64,000 nucleotides of DNA from an uncultured Rhodobacteraceae bacterium (GTDB taxonomy: Bacteria > Pseudomonadota > Alphaproteobacteria > Rhodobacterales > Rhodobacteraceae): the NCBI GenBank assembly GCA_947500055.1, contig CANMQO010000002.1, positions 564,181 through 628,180 of the forward strand. Reading direction: 5' to 3'. The notes beneath the pieces were generated by a model, which was not told the origin of the DNA, searched no databases, and saw nothing but the letters and a program-made list of their open reading frames with translations. Below are positions 51,651 through 62,282 of this stretch, piece by piece (within the stretch, counting starts at the first letter, position 1; each line of letters begins with the position of its first letter). The translations under genes and the position numbers were made by a program.

Positions 51651-52981
51651 CAGGCTTTCTCCGGTATCGCCCAAAGTTCCAGCTTCAGTTCCGGCCAGTC
51701 ACCGGCGAAATGCATCCCGATTGCGGGAGCCATGGAAAATTCCTGCCAAAGCGGGGTCTTCTTATCCAACAGGAAATAGACATTGCTGGATACCACTCTG
51801 ATCTGTCGTGGCGGATTAGGCAAATGCATCAGGCTGATACCGGGCAGGTTGTTCTTGACGATCTCGGACATGCGGGTGTTTGGGCCAACCTTGCACAGTT
51901 CCGGGAATTGCTGTTGCACTTGGGTCAGTGGCTTGCCGGTTTCGACCTCGATCACGAATGTCGCGTCGCGGAACAGGTTGCGGTCTGCCACTTCGGCAAG
52001 GAAAGAGTTCTGCCGCACCTGACGCAGGTCAAGCCGCACCGCCCGGCCTACATCACGGCTGAGAAGACGCTGAATATCCTGCACGACGGGCGTGAAGGTC
52101 GCTTTCAGATCGCCGTGATCATAGGCTTTGTATTCCGGGGCCATCCGCTCACCATTGTCGAATGTGGATAATTCGCCCGCGAACCCGATCAGCCGTTCAT
52201 AGAGCCGTTCGGGATGCACCGCGCGTCCATGACCCAGATGGCGCAAAACGCCGATTTCACGATTCAGCGTCATCAGCATCAGGTAGTCGGTGGCCTGCAT
52301 GCCGCCCCCCGATGACGGGTCAGAGGCATAGCGGGCGAGGCTGCCCAGTTTTGCTTCGATCCAGCCGATCACCCGGCTCAGATAGCCTTCGATCACCGGA
52401 TGCACCGCCAGAATGAGCGCTGGCGGCGGCACCGTATCATCAAGCGAGATGACGCCGTCGCGGACCTCGTTGATCCGGGCCAGACGCAGACATTGGTAGC
52501 CGGGCTTCGCGGATTTGCGGATATCCAGTTCCAGACGCGGAATCGCAGTTTCAATCTGATGTTCGATCCGCGATGCGCTGGCATTGTCGGCCACGGTGTT
52601 CGATGACAGCACGTAACGAGTGGTTGCCGCGTCGGGGCCAAGACCAACATCCTGCCCGTTCTGGCTCTGGTCCGGCAGGGTCAGCCAGAGATACAGGTTC
52701 TTGGCATCCTCAGGCACATCGACGGGCAATGGCAGTTCGCCGGCATTGGGGGCGTCAAAGGGGGTGCCGTCAGGCATAATCCCAACCACGCTGCGCAGCC
52801 CCAGCCGGCCCTGCTGGGCCAGATCACGGTCGATTGTCATTTCGGACAGACCCCAGGGGTAGGGCGTCATCACATCGGTGCGGGCCTGGATCAGCTTTTC
52901 AAGGTAGCGGTCGCTTTGCTGCAAATGCTGGGGTTGCAGAAACAGGCCTTCTTTCCAAGCAACTTTGCTAAACCAAGACAT
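51650..52981 (-). CDS. tssK: T6SS baseplate protein TssK
   Basis: 443 aa. MSWFSKVAWKEGLFLQPQHLQQSDRY is the canonical TssK N-terminus. Confidence 0.95.
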   Translation of the reverse strand: MSWFSKVAWKEGLFLQPQHLQQSDRYLEKLIQARTDVMTPYPWGLSEMTIDRDLAQQGRLGLRSVVGIMPDGTPFDAPNAGELPLPVDVPEDAKNLYLWLTLPDQSQNGQDVGLGPDAATTRYVLSSNTVADNASASRIEHQIETAIPRLELDIRKSAKPGYQCLRLARINEVRDGVISLDDTVPPPALILAVHPVIEGYLSRVIGWIEAKLGSLARYASDPSSGGGMQATDYLMLMTLNREIGVLRHLGHGRAVHPERLYERLIGFAGELSTFDNGERMAPEYKAYDHGDLKATFTPVVQDIQRLLSRDVGRAVRLDLRQVRQNSFLAEVADRNLFRDATFVIEVETGKPLTQVQQQFPELCKVGPNTRMSEIVKNNLPGISLMHLPNPPRQIRVVSSNVYFLLDKKTPLWQEFSMAPAIGMHFAGDWPELKLELWAIPEKA

Positions 52982-53041
52982 GACAATCCAATCAATTCAG
53001 TAGTGCAAGCAGAAGTTGTCCCCTGCCCGGTAAGTCTGAAA

Positions 53042-53063
53042 CCTTGACCCGGCAGGGTCAAGG
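53042..53063 (-). terminator. hairpin terminator downstream of the autotransporter gene (CCTTGACCC-GGCA-GGGTCAAGG)
   Basis: Perfect 9-bp GC-rich stem with a 4-nt loop, 18 nt after the autotransporter stop. On the transcribed (minus) strand it is followed by TTTCAG. It separates the autotransporter from tssK. Confidence 0.45.
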
Positions 53064-53080
53064 CAGGAACGGGTGGCAAT

Positions 53081-56000
53081 CTAGAATTGAATACGCAGCT
53101 GGCCGGTCACTCCCCAGCTGTCCAACTGGTCACTTGACCGTAAATCACCCCGTATACTTGCGCTAATCTGCTTGGCACCTGCGGGGGCGCCAACAGGCAG
53201 GATGCGCAGGTAGTTGAGTCCGGCGCTCAGTTCCGCGTAGCCGCCCAGGTTTTCCCCAATAACGCTACGCGGATCCTGCCCGGTATCAGTGCGCGGGGTA
53301 AACACCGACGTTGGCGCATCCGCAAAGTCATTGTAATAGGTCGCTGTCACAAACTGGTTCAAGGCGGATGACCCGTCTGCACCGAAACTGGTGCGTGATA
53401 TCGTTCCGCCGACAAACAAAGTTTCGGATGTGAAATCCTCTACCTGGACCGAACTTGAGTCATTAAAGGTGATCAGATCGGTGCTCACAGTCGTATAGGC
53501 AAAACCAGCCGTCGGAACAAAGGACACGTTGCTTTCACCAAAGGGGATTGCATAGCTGACCGACCCGCTGAATGTTGACGCCTCGCTGCTGAAATCAGTC
53601 TCGTTCAGCCCTAGACCAGACGATCCACCAACGCCCACGTTGTCAGCGACAAATTCGGTTTGTTCGACCCGATACTGCAGGTCGATAGCAAATCGATCAT
53701 ATGCACCGGTCAGATAAACCCCACCGTATTTCTGGTCGAAATCAACCGTTGTGACGCTTGTCAGATCATCCCCGACGATCAGATTACCTGATCCGTCACC
53801 AACCAACCCAAAGACCGGCTGTTCAGTCGATCCCATGTTCAAACCGGCGATGCCACCGACCGAGATGTCCCAACCATCGAAATAACCATTGAAACAGGCC
53901 AGATCACCGCCGACTTGAAAGCCGTTATATGTTGCCGAAATCTCTCCATCAAAGCTGAGGCCGTTTTCGCTCAACTCGGTCACACGACCGCTTGAATCCG
54001 CCTCCCCGGCAATCCCCCGCGCCCAAGTGCCCGGCCCACAGGGATCCGGATCGTCATAGGCGAGCCCGCTGACAAAAGGACTGGATGGGCGGTTGATGAC
54101 CGAACCGATCAGTGACTGGGTCAGAACAATCGACCCCGCCAACGCCCCGATACCGGGGTTGAGTGCATCCGTGATATAGACGTCGCCAATATCGCTCGGA
54201 TCAGCGCTATCTGTGATCTGGTTTTCGACATAGATGATCGCCTCGCCCTGATCAGGCAATCCTCTGAGATCGACATCAAAGTCGTTGGCCTCGGTTCCAT
54301 CCACATCAAGCACAAGAACATCTTCATTCTGCCGCCCATTGGTGGCCAGCAAATTGAAATCCAAGGTCACGGTCCCGGTGACCGGTCCGTTCACCCGCAC
54401 CATATCGCTGCCGGTCTCACCGGCAGCAATGTCGTCATCATCGGACAAGTTAATGTCCAGAAGAAATCTGCTGTCACCGCTAAGTCCGCCATCAATCTGG
54501 ACAACGTCGTTGATCAGTGGCGCGTTGGTCGACACGTCAACAAGCCCATCATTTCGCAGATTGCCGCCAAATGTCAGGGCACCGCTCTGCAGCATCACGG
54601 TCCCGCTATTGTCGACATTTCCACCAATGACACCATCGTCAAAGTTGATACGTCCAGCATTGTCCAGATCGCCGTTCATGGTTCCCGCAAGGTTCACAAT
54701 GCCGCCGGACCGGTTAACCAGCCCGCTTGCGGTCGAAAATGTCGACCCGTCCACGATATCAAGGACGCCGCCACTTTGGTTTGTCATGGCATTGGAGAGC
54801 GACAGGTTGCTGCCGCTGGCCAGATCAAAGGCACCGCTATTGGTGACAAAGCCGGACACGCTTGATGCCCCGGTAAAGTTGGCCGTAGATGAGTTGTTCA
54901 GCGTGCCATTCAACACACCGCCGGTCAGTTCCAACGTTCCGCCGCTTTGGTTCCGCACATTGCCGACAAGTGTCCCGTCAATGTTCAGTGCTGCGTTGGA
55001 CCTGTTTGTGACAAGCCCGCCGAACGTGGCGGAAACATCGACATTCAACTCGGCCCCTGTGCCGGTGTTCAGTGTTGTTCCCTGAACAATGCCGAATGAA
55101 TCAACAGTCCCGCCATTGTTTTCAAGTGCCCCATTCAAGGTACCCAGCAAAAGCAAGTCGCCGTCTGTCTCGTTGTCGATACTGCCGGTCAGGGTCGCAG
55201 TGCCGGCAATCTCGGTCATGCCATTTGTGTTGGTAATATTGCCGGTCGCACTGTTATTGACCTGAATAGTGCCACCGTTATTTGTCACACCGTCGTTGAA
55301 TGTGCCCCCATCGACAGTGAAATCACCGCTGGTGACGGTCGAAGCGCCGGTGATTTGACCGCCAGATTGCAAGGTAAAGTTACCCGCGCCCGACACAGCA
55401 ACACCATCCTGGATCAGGCCAGAACTGCTTGCCAGTCCGCCATTGATGGCCAGCCCGTCCCGTATGGTCCCGGCATTGGTTGCCGTCCCGCCAGTGACCG
55501 AAACAGCACCGTCGACCAGATTGCTGTTGGAAAACGTGCTGGCCTGAACCAAGACGGTTCCATTAACCCTTCCGGCGTTGGTGATGGTGCCGGTGTCTGC
55601 GCCTCCGCTATTTGTGCTGGTGACGTTACCATTGACGATGCCCGACGCGCCGATAGCGACAATTCCGTCATCGCCTGTCAGTGCACCGCTGCTAATTGTG
55701 ATCGTGCCATCGACATTGGTTTGGCCGCCACTGGCCAGAATACCCTGACCAAATGTGCCACCCAACGCGTCCAGCGTGCCACCGGTGACAGAGGCCAGGC
55801 CAGTTGCACCGCCACCTGCGTTCACGGTTGTCATACCACCGACCACATCAACGGTGCCGTTGACTGTCCCACTGATTATGGTGTCGCCGGAATTGTTCGT
55901 GACATCACCCGTCAGGGTCCGCCCTGCATTGATTGTGACGATGCCGCCCGGTTCGACGGGCGCAGTTGTACCATTGGTGATGTCAGCGGTTGTATCCACG

Positions 56001-59000
56001 GCCACGGTAAATGTGCTGGTCGGACCAATTCCGTCATCCGTCACGATGATCCCGCCGCCAAAGCTACCGCCATTGGCGATCAGGTTGCCGTTGCGCACGC
56101 GGCTTGTGCCGGTAACGCTGCCGCCCACATTATTCGACACTGTGCCGCCATTCATCACAATGGCCTCGCCCCCACCGCCGGTGACGGCTCCGTTATTCTG
56201 GAAAACGCCACCTTCGGATGTCAGCGTACCGTTCAAGGTGCCATTGTTTTCAGCCTCTTGCGTTGATGTGGTCGTCATGGTGACGTCGCCGGTCAGTACA
56301 GCGCCACCAGCGATTGTCAGATCGGTGCCTTCGACGCTGATATCACCACCAACCGCCCCGCCGATATTGATGTCGCCCGCAGTGCCGGTGATCAGCCCTT
56401 CGAATTCGCCGCCGTTCGCTTGTAAGACCCCGCCGGTCACCGATGTTGTGCCCTGCACGTCGCTATTGGCTGTCGTGGTGAAAGTCCCATCGGTCAGGAC
56501 AACCGCATTCGCATTGGCCCCGGCGCCTGTGATGACACCATCGCTGGTCATCGTGCCGCCATTGATAAAGATGTCGCCATTCACCCGACCGCCCGTTTCG
56601 ATTTCGGACGCACCGGTATTCTGGGTCAGATCGCCGGTCATATTGCCGCCACCGGCAACAGTGACACTGCCCCCGTTATTGACAACGTCACCGGTTGTGG
56701 CGCCATCAATGGTCACCTGCCCATCCGCGCTGGCGGTGATCCCGCTGGCGAAAGTACCACCAGAGGCGGTCAAGGTTGTGCCTGCACCGGATACGGTAAC
56801 AGCGCCGGTCACCCCGTCTGCTCCGGCCGTGTCGGCATTCTGTGTGAAGCTGCCACCGGTCAGATCGAGCGTTCCGACGATATGACCGGAAGAGCTCAGT
56901 GTTCCGCTTTGGTGGGTGACATCGTCGGTCAGGTCAACGTTCTGGGAAATGGTGATATCCGATCCCATGTTGACCAGATCAAACCCGGCAAAGCTGCTAT
57001 CGGCGGTGACGTTGATATTGCCCCCCATGGCCGTCAGCGCCGTGAATGTGCCACCCGCAACCTCAACCGTGCCGTTGCCATCAACGGTCACATTGTCCAG
57101 CACCGATCCGGCATTGCGCAGCGTGCCTTCGGTGACGCTCAACCCACCTGCACCGGTGTGATCCAGCGTGCCGCCATCCACATTCGTCAGCCCGCCATTC
57201 TGGACCAATTCGGTCGTCAGCGTGGCACCGGTATCGATGGTGATCGTGCCGTCATTGATCTGCGTCTGGGTGACGCTTGCGGTCTGATCAACATCAAACG
57301 CCCCGCCATCGACCAGGACATTGCCCCCAAAGCTGCCGCCATTGGCAGTGATCGTGCCGCCGGTATTGGCCGTCACCAGGCCGGTCAGGTTCCCGCCTGA
57401 ATTATTGCTGACCTCGCCACCGCCCGAGATCGTGATATCACTGCCGATCAGACCGGCATTTTCAATCACACCGCCAGTGACATCCACGCCGTCCGCATCA
57501 ACCAGTTGCGATCCCGTGTTCAGCGTGGTGACACCGCCATCCTGCACCAGATCCGTGGTCAATGTCTGACCAGCGGCCACATCAACTACACCGCTATTGA
57601 CCGTGGTTTGGCTGACACTGACGCTGGTATCGACATCAAAGATACCGCCATCGACTGTCACCGTTCCATTCAGTGTGCCGCCCGCGGATTGCAGAACACC
57701 ATCATCGCCATCCACACCGTCGCCATCGCCTTGCAGTATGACATTGCCTGCGATGGTGCCCGTCGGGTCATTGCGGACCGAACCACCATCGGAAATGGTG
57801 ACCGCATCATCGATCAGCCCGTCGTTTTCGACGGTGCCGCCGGAAATCTCTACCGTGCCATCAGTATCGTCTAGCGTGCTGCCCGCCCCGATCACGGTGT
57901 TGCCACTAGTTTGGCTGAAATCTGTAGTAAGGGTTTGTGACGGATCAATTGTGACGGTGCCACCGTTATTGGTGACATTGTCGGCTGTTGTGACCGCATT
58001 GACGTTCAGGTCGCCGTCAAAGATGACGACATCTCCGAAGGTGCCGCTATCTGCATCGACCGTACCACCAGCATTGGTTCCGTCATCGGTGCCAATCTGA
58101 ACAGCGCCGGTGATATCGCTGCCCGACGAATTGACAAGCGTGCCGCCATTCACCAGCACATCACCATCAATGATACCGGTTGGCGTCCCGCTGGCATCTC
58201 CGTTATTCAACGTGCCACCGGTCACAGTTACCTGACCGTCAATCGTGCCATTGTTATTGGTTGTCCCGGATTCGTTATCAACGGCGCCGGTCAGCGTATC
58301 CCCATCCTCAACCGTCAGGGTGCCTCCATTATTTGTCACATCACCGGTTGTGTCCGCCTGAATGGTCAGTGCGCCCGCCGTCATGGTGACACCGCCGTCA
58401 AAGCTGCCGCCCTGCCCAAAGGCATTGCCGCCGGTAATCGTCGTCAAGCCGCCAACAGAGCCTGAGACATTGTTGAATGTGCCATTGTTCAGCGTCACCG
58501 TGCCAAGCACTGATCCGCCATTGTCGATCGTTAACGTGCCGTCGCCAGCTATGCCTGTGCCGACGATAACAGCATCACCTGCTGCGGTTGATCCGTTGAT
58601 CGTCAGTCCGCCGGATTGCAACTGATAGGTGGCGGATGTCCCGCCATCGCCATCGTCATTTGTAGCATTCAGGATCAATGTCCCATCACCGCCGCCGCCG
58701 TTGATTGTGACAGTGCCACCATTGGCCAATGCCGCATCGAAAGTGGCATCCCCGGTCACGATTTCGATGCTCATGCTGCCGGTAACAGCGATCACATTAT
58801 CTGTGTCGCCGCCATTGCCGATTGTGAAACCGCCAGAGTCAAAGGTCATCGCCGCAGGTGCAACGGTTTCGCCCAGATCAATTGTCGCCGTACTGCCACC
58901 TAGATCCTGGAATGTAACTGTGTCGCCATCATTGAAGCGTGTGTTGGCGTCATTGTTATCCGGAGCGCCAAATTCAGGATCGGCCTGGTCCTGCCAATTC

Positions 59001-59206
59001 TGATTGCTGCCACCGCCCTCTTCCCAGACACCGCCTCCGTTTTGAAGGCCGTTCACCCCAGCTTCACTATCCCAGGTCAGATCATCGGCAGACGCCATGT
59101 GTGGGGTTGTTGCGCTTATAAGTGCCGAGATTCCGACAATAGCGGTGGTATTCAAAAGCCCAGACCGCAGCGCCCAAGAACGCCTCTTACCAATACATAG
59201 CGTCAT
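53081..59206 (-). CDS. very large classical (type Va) autotransporter: signal peptide, Gly/Thr/Asn/Asp-rich beta-helical repeat passenger, C-terminal beta-barrel
   Basis: ORF 53081..59236, ATG at 59206 likely (MTLCIGKRRSWALRSGLLNTTAIVGISALISATTPHMASA). About 1700 aa of degenerate G-G-T/N-x-T repeats. The last ~280 aa are barrel-like (alternating pattern) and end GQLRIQF. Confidence 0.85.
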   Translation of the reverse strand: MTLCIGKRRSWALRSGLLNTTAIVGISALISATTPHMASADDLTWDSEAGVNGLQNGGGVWEEGGGSNQNWQDQADPEFGAPDNNDANTRFNDGDTVTFQDLGGSTATIDLGETVAPAAMTFDSGGFTIGNGGDTDNVIAVTGSMSIEIVTGDATFDAALANGGTVTINGGGGDGTLILNATNDDGDGGTSATYQLQSGGLTINGSTAAGDAVIVGTGIAGDGTLTIDNGGSVLGTVTLNNGTFNNVSGSVGGLTTITGGNAFGQGGSFDGGVTMTAGALTIQADTTGDVTNNGGTLTVEDGDTLTGAVDNESGTTNNNGTIDGQVTVTGGTLNNGDASGTPTGIIDGDVLVNGGTLVNSSGSDITGAVQIGTDDGTNAGGTVDADSGTFGDVVIFDGDLNVNAVTTADNVTNNGGTVTIDPSQTLTTDFSQTSGNTVIGAGSTLDDTDGTVEISGGTVENDGLIDDAVTISDGGSVRNDPTGTIAGNVILQGDGDGVDGDDGVLQSAGGTLNGTVTVDGGIFDVDTSVSVSQTTVNSGVVDVAAGQTLTTDLVQDGGVTTLNTGSQLVDADGVDVTGGVIENAGLIGSDITISGGGEVSNNSGGNLTGLVTANTGGTITANGGSFGGNVLVDGGAFDVDQTASVTQTQINDGTITIDTGATLTTELVQNGGLTNVDGGTLDHTGAGGLSVTEGTLRNAGSVLDNVTVDGNGTVEVAGGTFTALTAMGGNINVTADSSFAGFDLVNMGSDITISQNVDLTDDVTHQSGTLSSSGHIVGTLDLTGGSFTQNADTAGADGVTGAVTVSGAGTTLTASGGTFASGITASADGQVTIDGATTGDVVNNGGSVTVAGGGNMTGDLTQNTGASEIETGGRVNGDIFINGGTMTSDGVITGAGANANAVVLTDGTFTTTANSDVQGTTSVTGGVLQANGGEFEGLITGTAGDINIGGAVGGDISVEGTDLTIAGGAVLTGDVTMTTTSTQEAENNGTLNGTLTSEGGVFQNNGAVTGGGGEAIVMNGGTVSNNVGGSVTGTSRVRNGNLIANGGSFGGGIIVTDDGIGPTSTFTVAVDTTADITNGTTAPVEPGGIVTINAGRTLTGDVTNNSGDTIISGTVNGTVDVVGGMTTVNAGGGATGLASVTGGTLDALGGTFGQGILASGGQTNVDGTITISSGALTGDDGIVAIGASGIVNGNVTSTNSGGADTGTITNAGRVNGTVLVQASTFSNSNLVDGAVSVTGGTATNAGTIRDGLAINGGLASSSGLIQDGVAVSGAGNFTLQSGGQITGASTVTSGDFTVDGGTFNDGVTNNGGTIQVNNSATGNITNTNGMTEIAGTATLTGSIDNETDGDLLLLGTLNGALENNGGTVDSFGIVQGTTLNTGTGAELNVDVSATFGGLVTNRSNAALNIDGTLVGNVRNQSGGTLELTGGVLNGTLNNSSTANFTGASSVSGFVTNSGAFDLASGSNLSLSNAMTNQSGGVLDIVDGSTFSTASGLVNRSGGIVNLAGTMNGDLDNAGRINFDDGVIGGNVDNSGTVMLQSGALTFGGNLRNDGLVDVSTNAPLINDVVQIDGGLSGDSRFLLDINLSDDDDIAAGETGSDMVRVNGPVTGTVTLDFNLLATNGRQNEDVLVLDVDGTEANDFDVDLRGLPDQGEAIIYVENQITDSADPSDIGDVYITDALNPGIGALAGSIVLTQSLIGSVINRPSSPFVSGLAYDDPDPCGPGTWARGIAGEADSSGRVTELSENGLSFDGEISATYNGFQVGGDLACFNGYFDGWDISVGGIAGLNMGSTEQPVFGLVGDGSGNLIVGDDLTSVTTVDFDQKYGGVYLTGAYDRFAIDLQYRVEQTEFVADNVGVGGSSGLGLNETDFSSEASTFSGSVSYAIPFGESNVSFVPTAGFAYTTVSTDLITFNDSSSVQVEDFTSETLFVGGTISRTSFGADGSSALNQFVTATYYNDFADAPTSVFTPRTDTGQDPRSVIGENLGGYAELSAGLNYLRILPVGAPAGAKQISASIRGDLRSSDQLDSWGVTGQLRIQF
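57032..57958 (-). repeat. three tandem ~114-123-aa higher-order repeats inside the autotransporter passenger
   Basis: Units begin TVTIDPSQTLTTDF..., VVDVAAGQTLTTDL... and TITIDTGATLTTEL... (about aa 427, 550 and 664 of the 2051-aa ORF). Each contains ...GG.(V/L)(E/R)N.G...(T/V)(I/V)S/DG.G... Confidence 0.5.
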
Positions 59207-59431
59207 AAAAATCCTCAGAACCACAAAATGGAACACATCTTAGGTCATAGTTTAACGAATTGTTAATGATTTCACAGTGACTTCCGGCACATTCAGAAAT
59301 AAATTCTAACCCGTTGCACAGTCGAATTAGTCAAATAAATTTAGCGGGTTAGCGTAGGTCAGTGATTTCCTGAAAACGCATTTATTCCATATCGGCAACA
59401 ACCATCGGTTGAGGTTCGATATCTTGGGAAT

Positions 59432-61351
59432 CTAGGAGGCTTTATGCGCATCCATCTGGGTGACGCCCAATACCTCCAACACTTTTGTTTCGATGTGGGA
59501 TGCGCTGAGGCCGGCTGTTTCGTACATCGCCGCAGGGCTGGCCTGATCGATGAAGATATCGGGCAAGACCATGGACCGGAATTTCAAACCCTGGTCAAAA
59601 ACCCCCTGCTCCGACAGCATCTGCGCGACGTGGCTACCAAAGCCGCCAACCGCACCCTCTTCGATGGTGATCAGCGCGTCATGATCGGCAGCCAGGGTCA
59701 GTATCATCTCTTGATCAAGCGGCTTGGCAAAGCGGGCATCGGCTACGGTCGGCGTGATGCCCTTCGCCTGCAACGCCTCGCAGGCGCGCATCACCTCTTG
59801 CAGACGGGTGCCGAAAGACAGGATCGCGACACGTGCGCCTTTCTGGATTATCCGCCCTTTGCCGATTTCCAGTGTCTGAGGATCGTCGGGCATTTCGACA
59901 CCCACACCTTCGCCACGCGGGAAACGGAATGCAATCGGGCCGTCATCATGCGCGGCTGCGGTGGCCACCATGCGGACCAGCTCCGCTTCATCTGCAGCAG
60001 CCATCACCACAAAACCCGGCAAGTTCGCGAGATAACCAATATCAAACGACCCTGCATGGGTCGCGCCATCCGCACCAACAAGGCCCGCCCGGTCAATCGC
60101 GAAGCGGACCGGCAGGCGCTGGATCGCCACATCATGCACGACCTGATCATAGCCGCGTTGCAGGAATGTCGAATATAGCGCGCAGAAGGGGCGCATCCCA
60201 CCTGCCGCCAACCCCGCGCTAAAGGTCACTGCATGCTGTTCGGCGATACCAACATCAAAGCAGCGGCTGGCATAGCGTTCCATGAATTTCGACAGGCCGG
60301 TGCCATCGGGCATCGCCGCGGTCACCGCACAGATGCGCGGATCGGCGGCTGCGTGTTTCAGCAGGCTTTCGGCAAAGACGGATGTATAGGATGGCGCATT
60401 GCTGGGCGCCTTTTTCTGTTCGCCGGTGACAACATCAAACTTGGCGGTTGCATGGCCCTTGTCACTTGCGGCCTCTGCCGGGGCGTACCCCTTGCCTTTC
60501 CTGGTTACCGCATGGATGAGGATCGGCCCATCGGCGCGGTCCTTCACCGTCCGCAACACCGACAAAAGCTGTTCCATGTCGTGCCCATCAATGGGCCCCA
60601 GATAAGAGAACCCCAGCTCTTCAAACAAAGTACCGCCAACGGTCATATGCTTCAGCATATCCTTGGCGCGTTTGGCCCCTTCGCGGAACGGCTCCGGCAG
60701 CAGCGATACGGCCCCTTTGGCGGCCGCCTTAAACTCCTGAAATGGCTCGCCGGCGTAAAGGCGCGACAGGTAGGACGACATCGCGCCGGTCGGCGGCGCA
60801 ATCGACATCTCATTGTCATTCAGGATCACGATCAACCGCTTGCCCAGATGGCCTGCATTGTTCATCGCCTCGTAGGCCATGCCCGCCGACATCGCTCCGT
60901 CACCGATCACGGCAATCGCATCGCCCCCTTCGCCACCCAGATCGCGGGCGACAGCAAAGCCCAGCGCTGCGGAAATCGAGGTGCTGGAATGCGCGGCACC
61001 GAAAGGATCATAGGGGCTTTCGGACCGTTTGGTAAAACCGCTCAGCCCGCCTTCCATCCGCAGAGTGCGAATCCGGTCGCGCCGACCAGTCAGGATCTTG
61101 TGGGGGTAGCATTGGTGCGACACGTCCCAGATGATCTTGTCTCGCGGCGCATCAAAAACGGCATGCAATGCAACTGTCATTTCGACCACGCCCAGCCCAG
61201 CGCCCAGATGGCCACCGGTTACCGATACCGCTGCAATGGTTTCCGCCCGCAGCTCATCCGCCAATTGCCGCAATTCTGCATCCGACATGGTTTTCATGTC
61301 GTCGGGCGTATTCACCCGGTCAAGAACGGGGGTGTGGGGCTGGTCTGACAT
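59432..61351 (-). CDS. dxs: 1-deoxy-D-xylulose-5-phosphate synthase
   Basis: 639 aa. [28 protein letters not shown], ThDP motif [18 protein letters not shown], and transketolase-like C-terminal domains. Confidence 0.95.
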   Translation of the reverse strand: MSDQPHTPVLDRVNTPDDMKTMSDAELRQLADELRAETIAAVSVTGGHLGAGLGVVEMTVALHAVFDAPRDKIIWDVSHQCYPHKILTGRRDRIRTLRMEGGLSGFTKRSESPYDPFGAAHSSTSISAALGFAVARDLGGEGGDAIAVIGDGAMSAGMAYEAMNNAGHLGKRLIVILNDNEMSIAPPTGAMSSYLSRLYAGEPFQEFKAAAKGAVSLLPEPFREGAKRAKDMLKHMTVGGTLFEELGFSYLGPIDGHDMEQLLSVLRTVKDRADGPILIHAVTRKGKGYAPAEAASDKGHATAKFDVVTGEQKKAPSNAPSYTSVFAESLLKHAAADPRICAVTAAMPDGTGLSKFMERYASRCFDVGIAEQHAVTFSAGLAAGGMRPFCALYSTFLQRGYDQVVHDVAIQRLPVRFAIDRAGLVGADGATHAGSFDIGYLANLPGFVVMAAADEAELVRMVATAAAHDDGPIAFRFPRGEGVGVEMPDDPQTLEIGKGRIIQKGARVAILSFGTRLQEVMRACEALQAKGITPTVADARFAKPLDQEMILTLAADHDALITIEEGAVGGFGSHVAQMLSEQGVFDQGLKFRSMVLPDIFIDQASPAAMYETAGLSASHIETKVLEVLGVTQMDAHKAS

Positions 61352-61361
61352 GGCGACCCTT

Positions 61362-62282
61362 TCAATGCGTCCGCGCGATTACAAAGCGGGCGGCTTCTTT
61401 TAACGTCTTGGCGTCTTCACCGTAAGGAGATAGCGCATCACAAGCCTCTTGTACCAGCTCTGCGGCGCGACGTTTCGCCCCATCCAGCCCCAAAAGCGAA
61501 ACAAACGTTGCCTTTCCGGCAGTAGCATCCTTACCAACGGCCTTGCCAACTGTTGTCGCATCGCCTTCGACATCGAGAACATCATCGGCGATCTGGAAAG
61601 CCAGCCCAAGCGCTTCTCCATAAATCGAAAGGGGGCCACGTTCGGCCTCTGCAATGCGGGCACCAGCAAGAGCGGACCACTGGATCAGCGCGCCGGTCTT
61701 GCGTGCCTGAAGGGCGGTGATTTCGTCCAATGTCAGGGGGGTGTCCGTGATTTCTGCAGCAATGTCAGCGGCTTGGCCACCGACCATGCCGCGCACACCC
61801 GACGCATTGGACAATGTCATCACAAGACTCAACTTGGCGCGCGGTGGGCATTCGGTCTGGACCAGCAATTCAAAGGCCAGTGCCTGCAATGCGTCGCCGG
61901 TCAGTACGGCAGTCGCCTCATCCCATTTGACATGGACGGTCGGCTGGCCACGCCGCAGAGCATCATCATCCATGCAAGGCAGGTCATCATGGACCAGTGA
62001 ATAGGCATGCAGGCATTCGATCGCTGCCGCAGCACCCGCAGCAGCAGCCGGGTTGATGCCATGTAATCGGGCTGTTTCCAGCACCAGGAACGCGCGCAGT
62101 GCCTTGCCGCCCGCTACAGCATATTTCATCGCGTCGACGACCGGGCCATCGGCCCCCGCAAGGGCAAACCCGATCCGTGCCTCGGCCACTTCAGCGGCGT
62201 AGCTCAGCGATTCCTTGAACGAGCGACGGGCGAGGCCCTTGACCATTGGCACCCGGAATGGTGGGGTCTTGCCGTCAGCCAT
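61362..62282 (-). CDS. ispA: polyprenyl (farnesyl/geranylgeranyl) diphosphate synthase
   Basis: ORF 61362..62336. ATG at 62282 (MADGKTPP...) overlaps the xseB stop by 8 nt; an alternative ATG is at 62246. [21 protein letters not shown] and [13 protein letters not shown]. Confidence 0.85.
   Translation of the reverse strand: MADGKTPPFRVPMVKGLARRSFKESLSYAAEVAEARIGFALAGADGPVVDAMKYAVAGGKALRAFLVLETARLHGINPAAAAGAAAAIECLHAYSLVHDDLPCMDDDALRRGQPTVHVKWDEATAVLTGDALQALAFELLVQTECPPRAKLSLVMTLSNASGVRGMVGGQAADIAAEITDTPLTLDEITALQARKTGALIQWSALAGARIAEAERGPLSIYGEALGLAFQIADDVLDVEGDATTVGKAVGKDATAGKATFVSLLGLDGAKRRAAELVQEACDALSPYGEDAKTLKEAARFVIARTH

Noticed and set aside
53009-53023. Sigma-54-like GG-N10-GC element (GGGGACAACTTCTGC on the minus strand), about 30 nt upstream of tssK.
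   Set aside because: It matches TGGCAC-N5-TTGC only partially. No bacterial enhancer-binding protein (VasH-like) is encoded in the window. The match cannot be scored without a position weight matrix, so it is not reported as a promoter.
53081-59206. The autotransporter as part of the T6SS operon, or as a T6SS cargo.
   Set aside because: It carries its own Sec signal and beta-barrel translocator (type V secretion). It is separated from tssK by a strong hairpin and a 100-nt gap.
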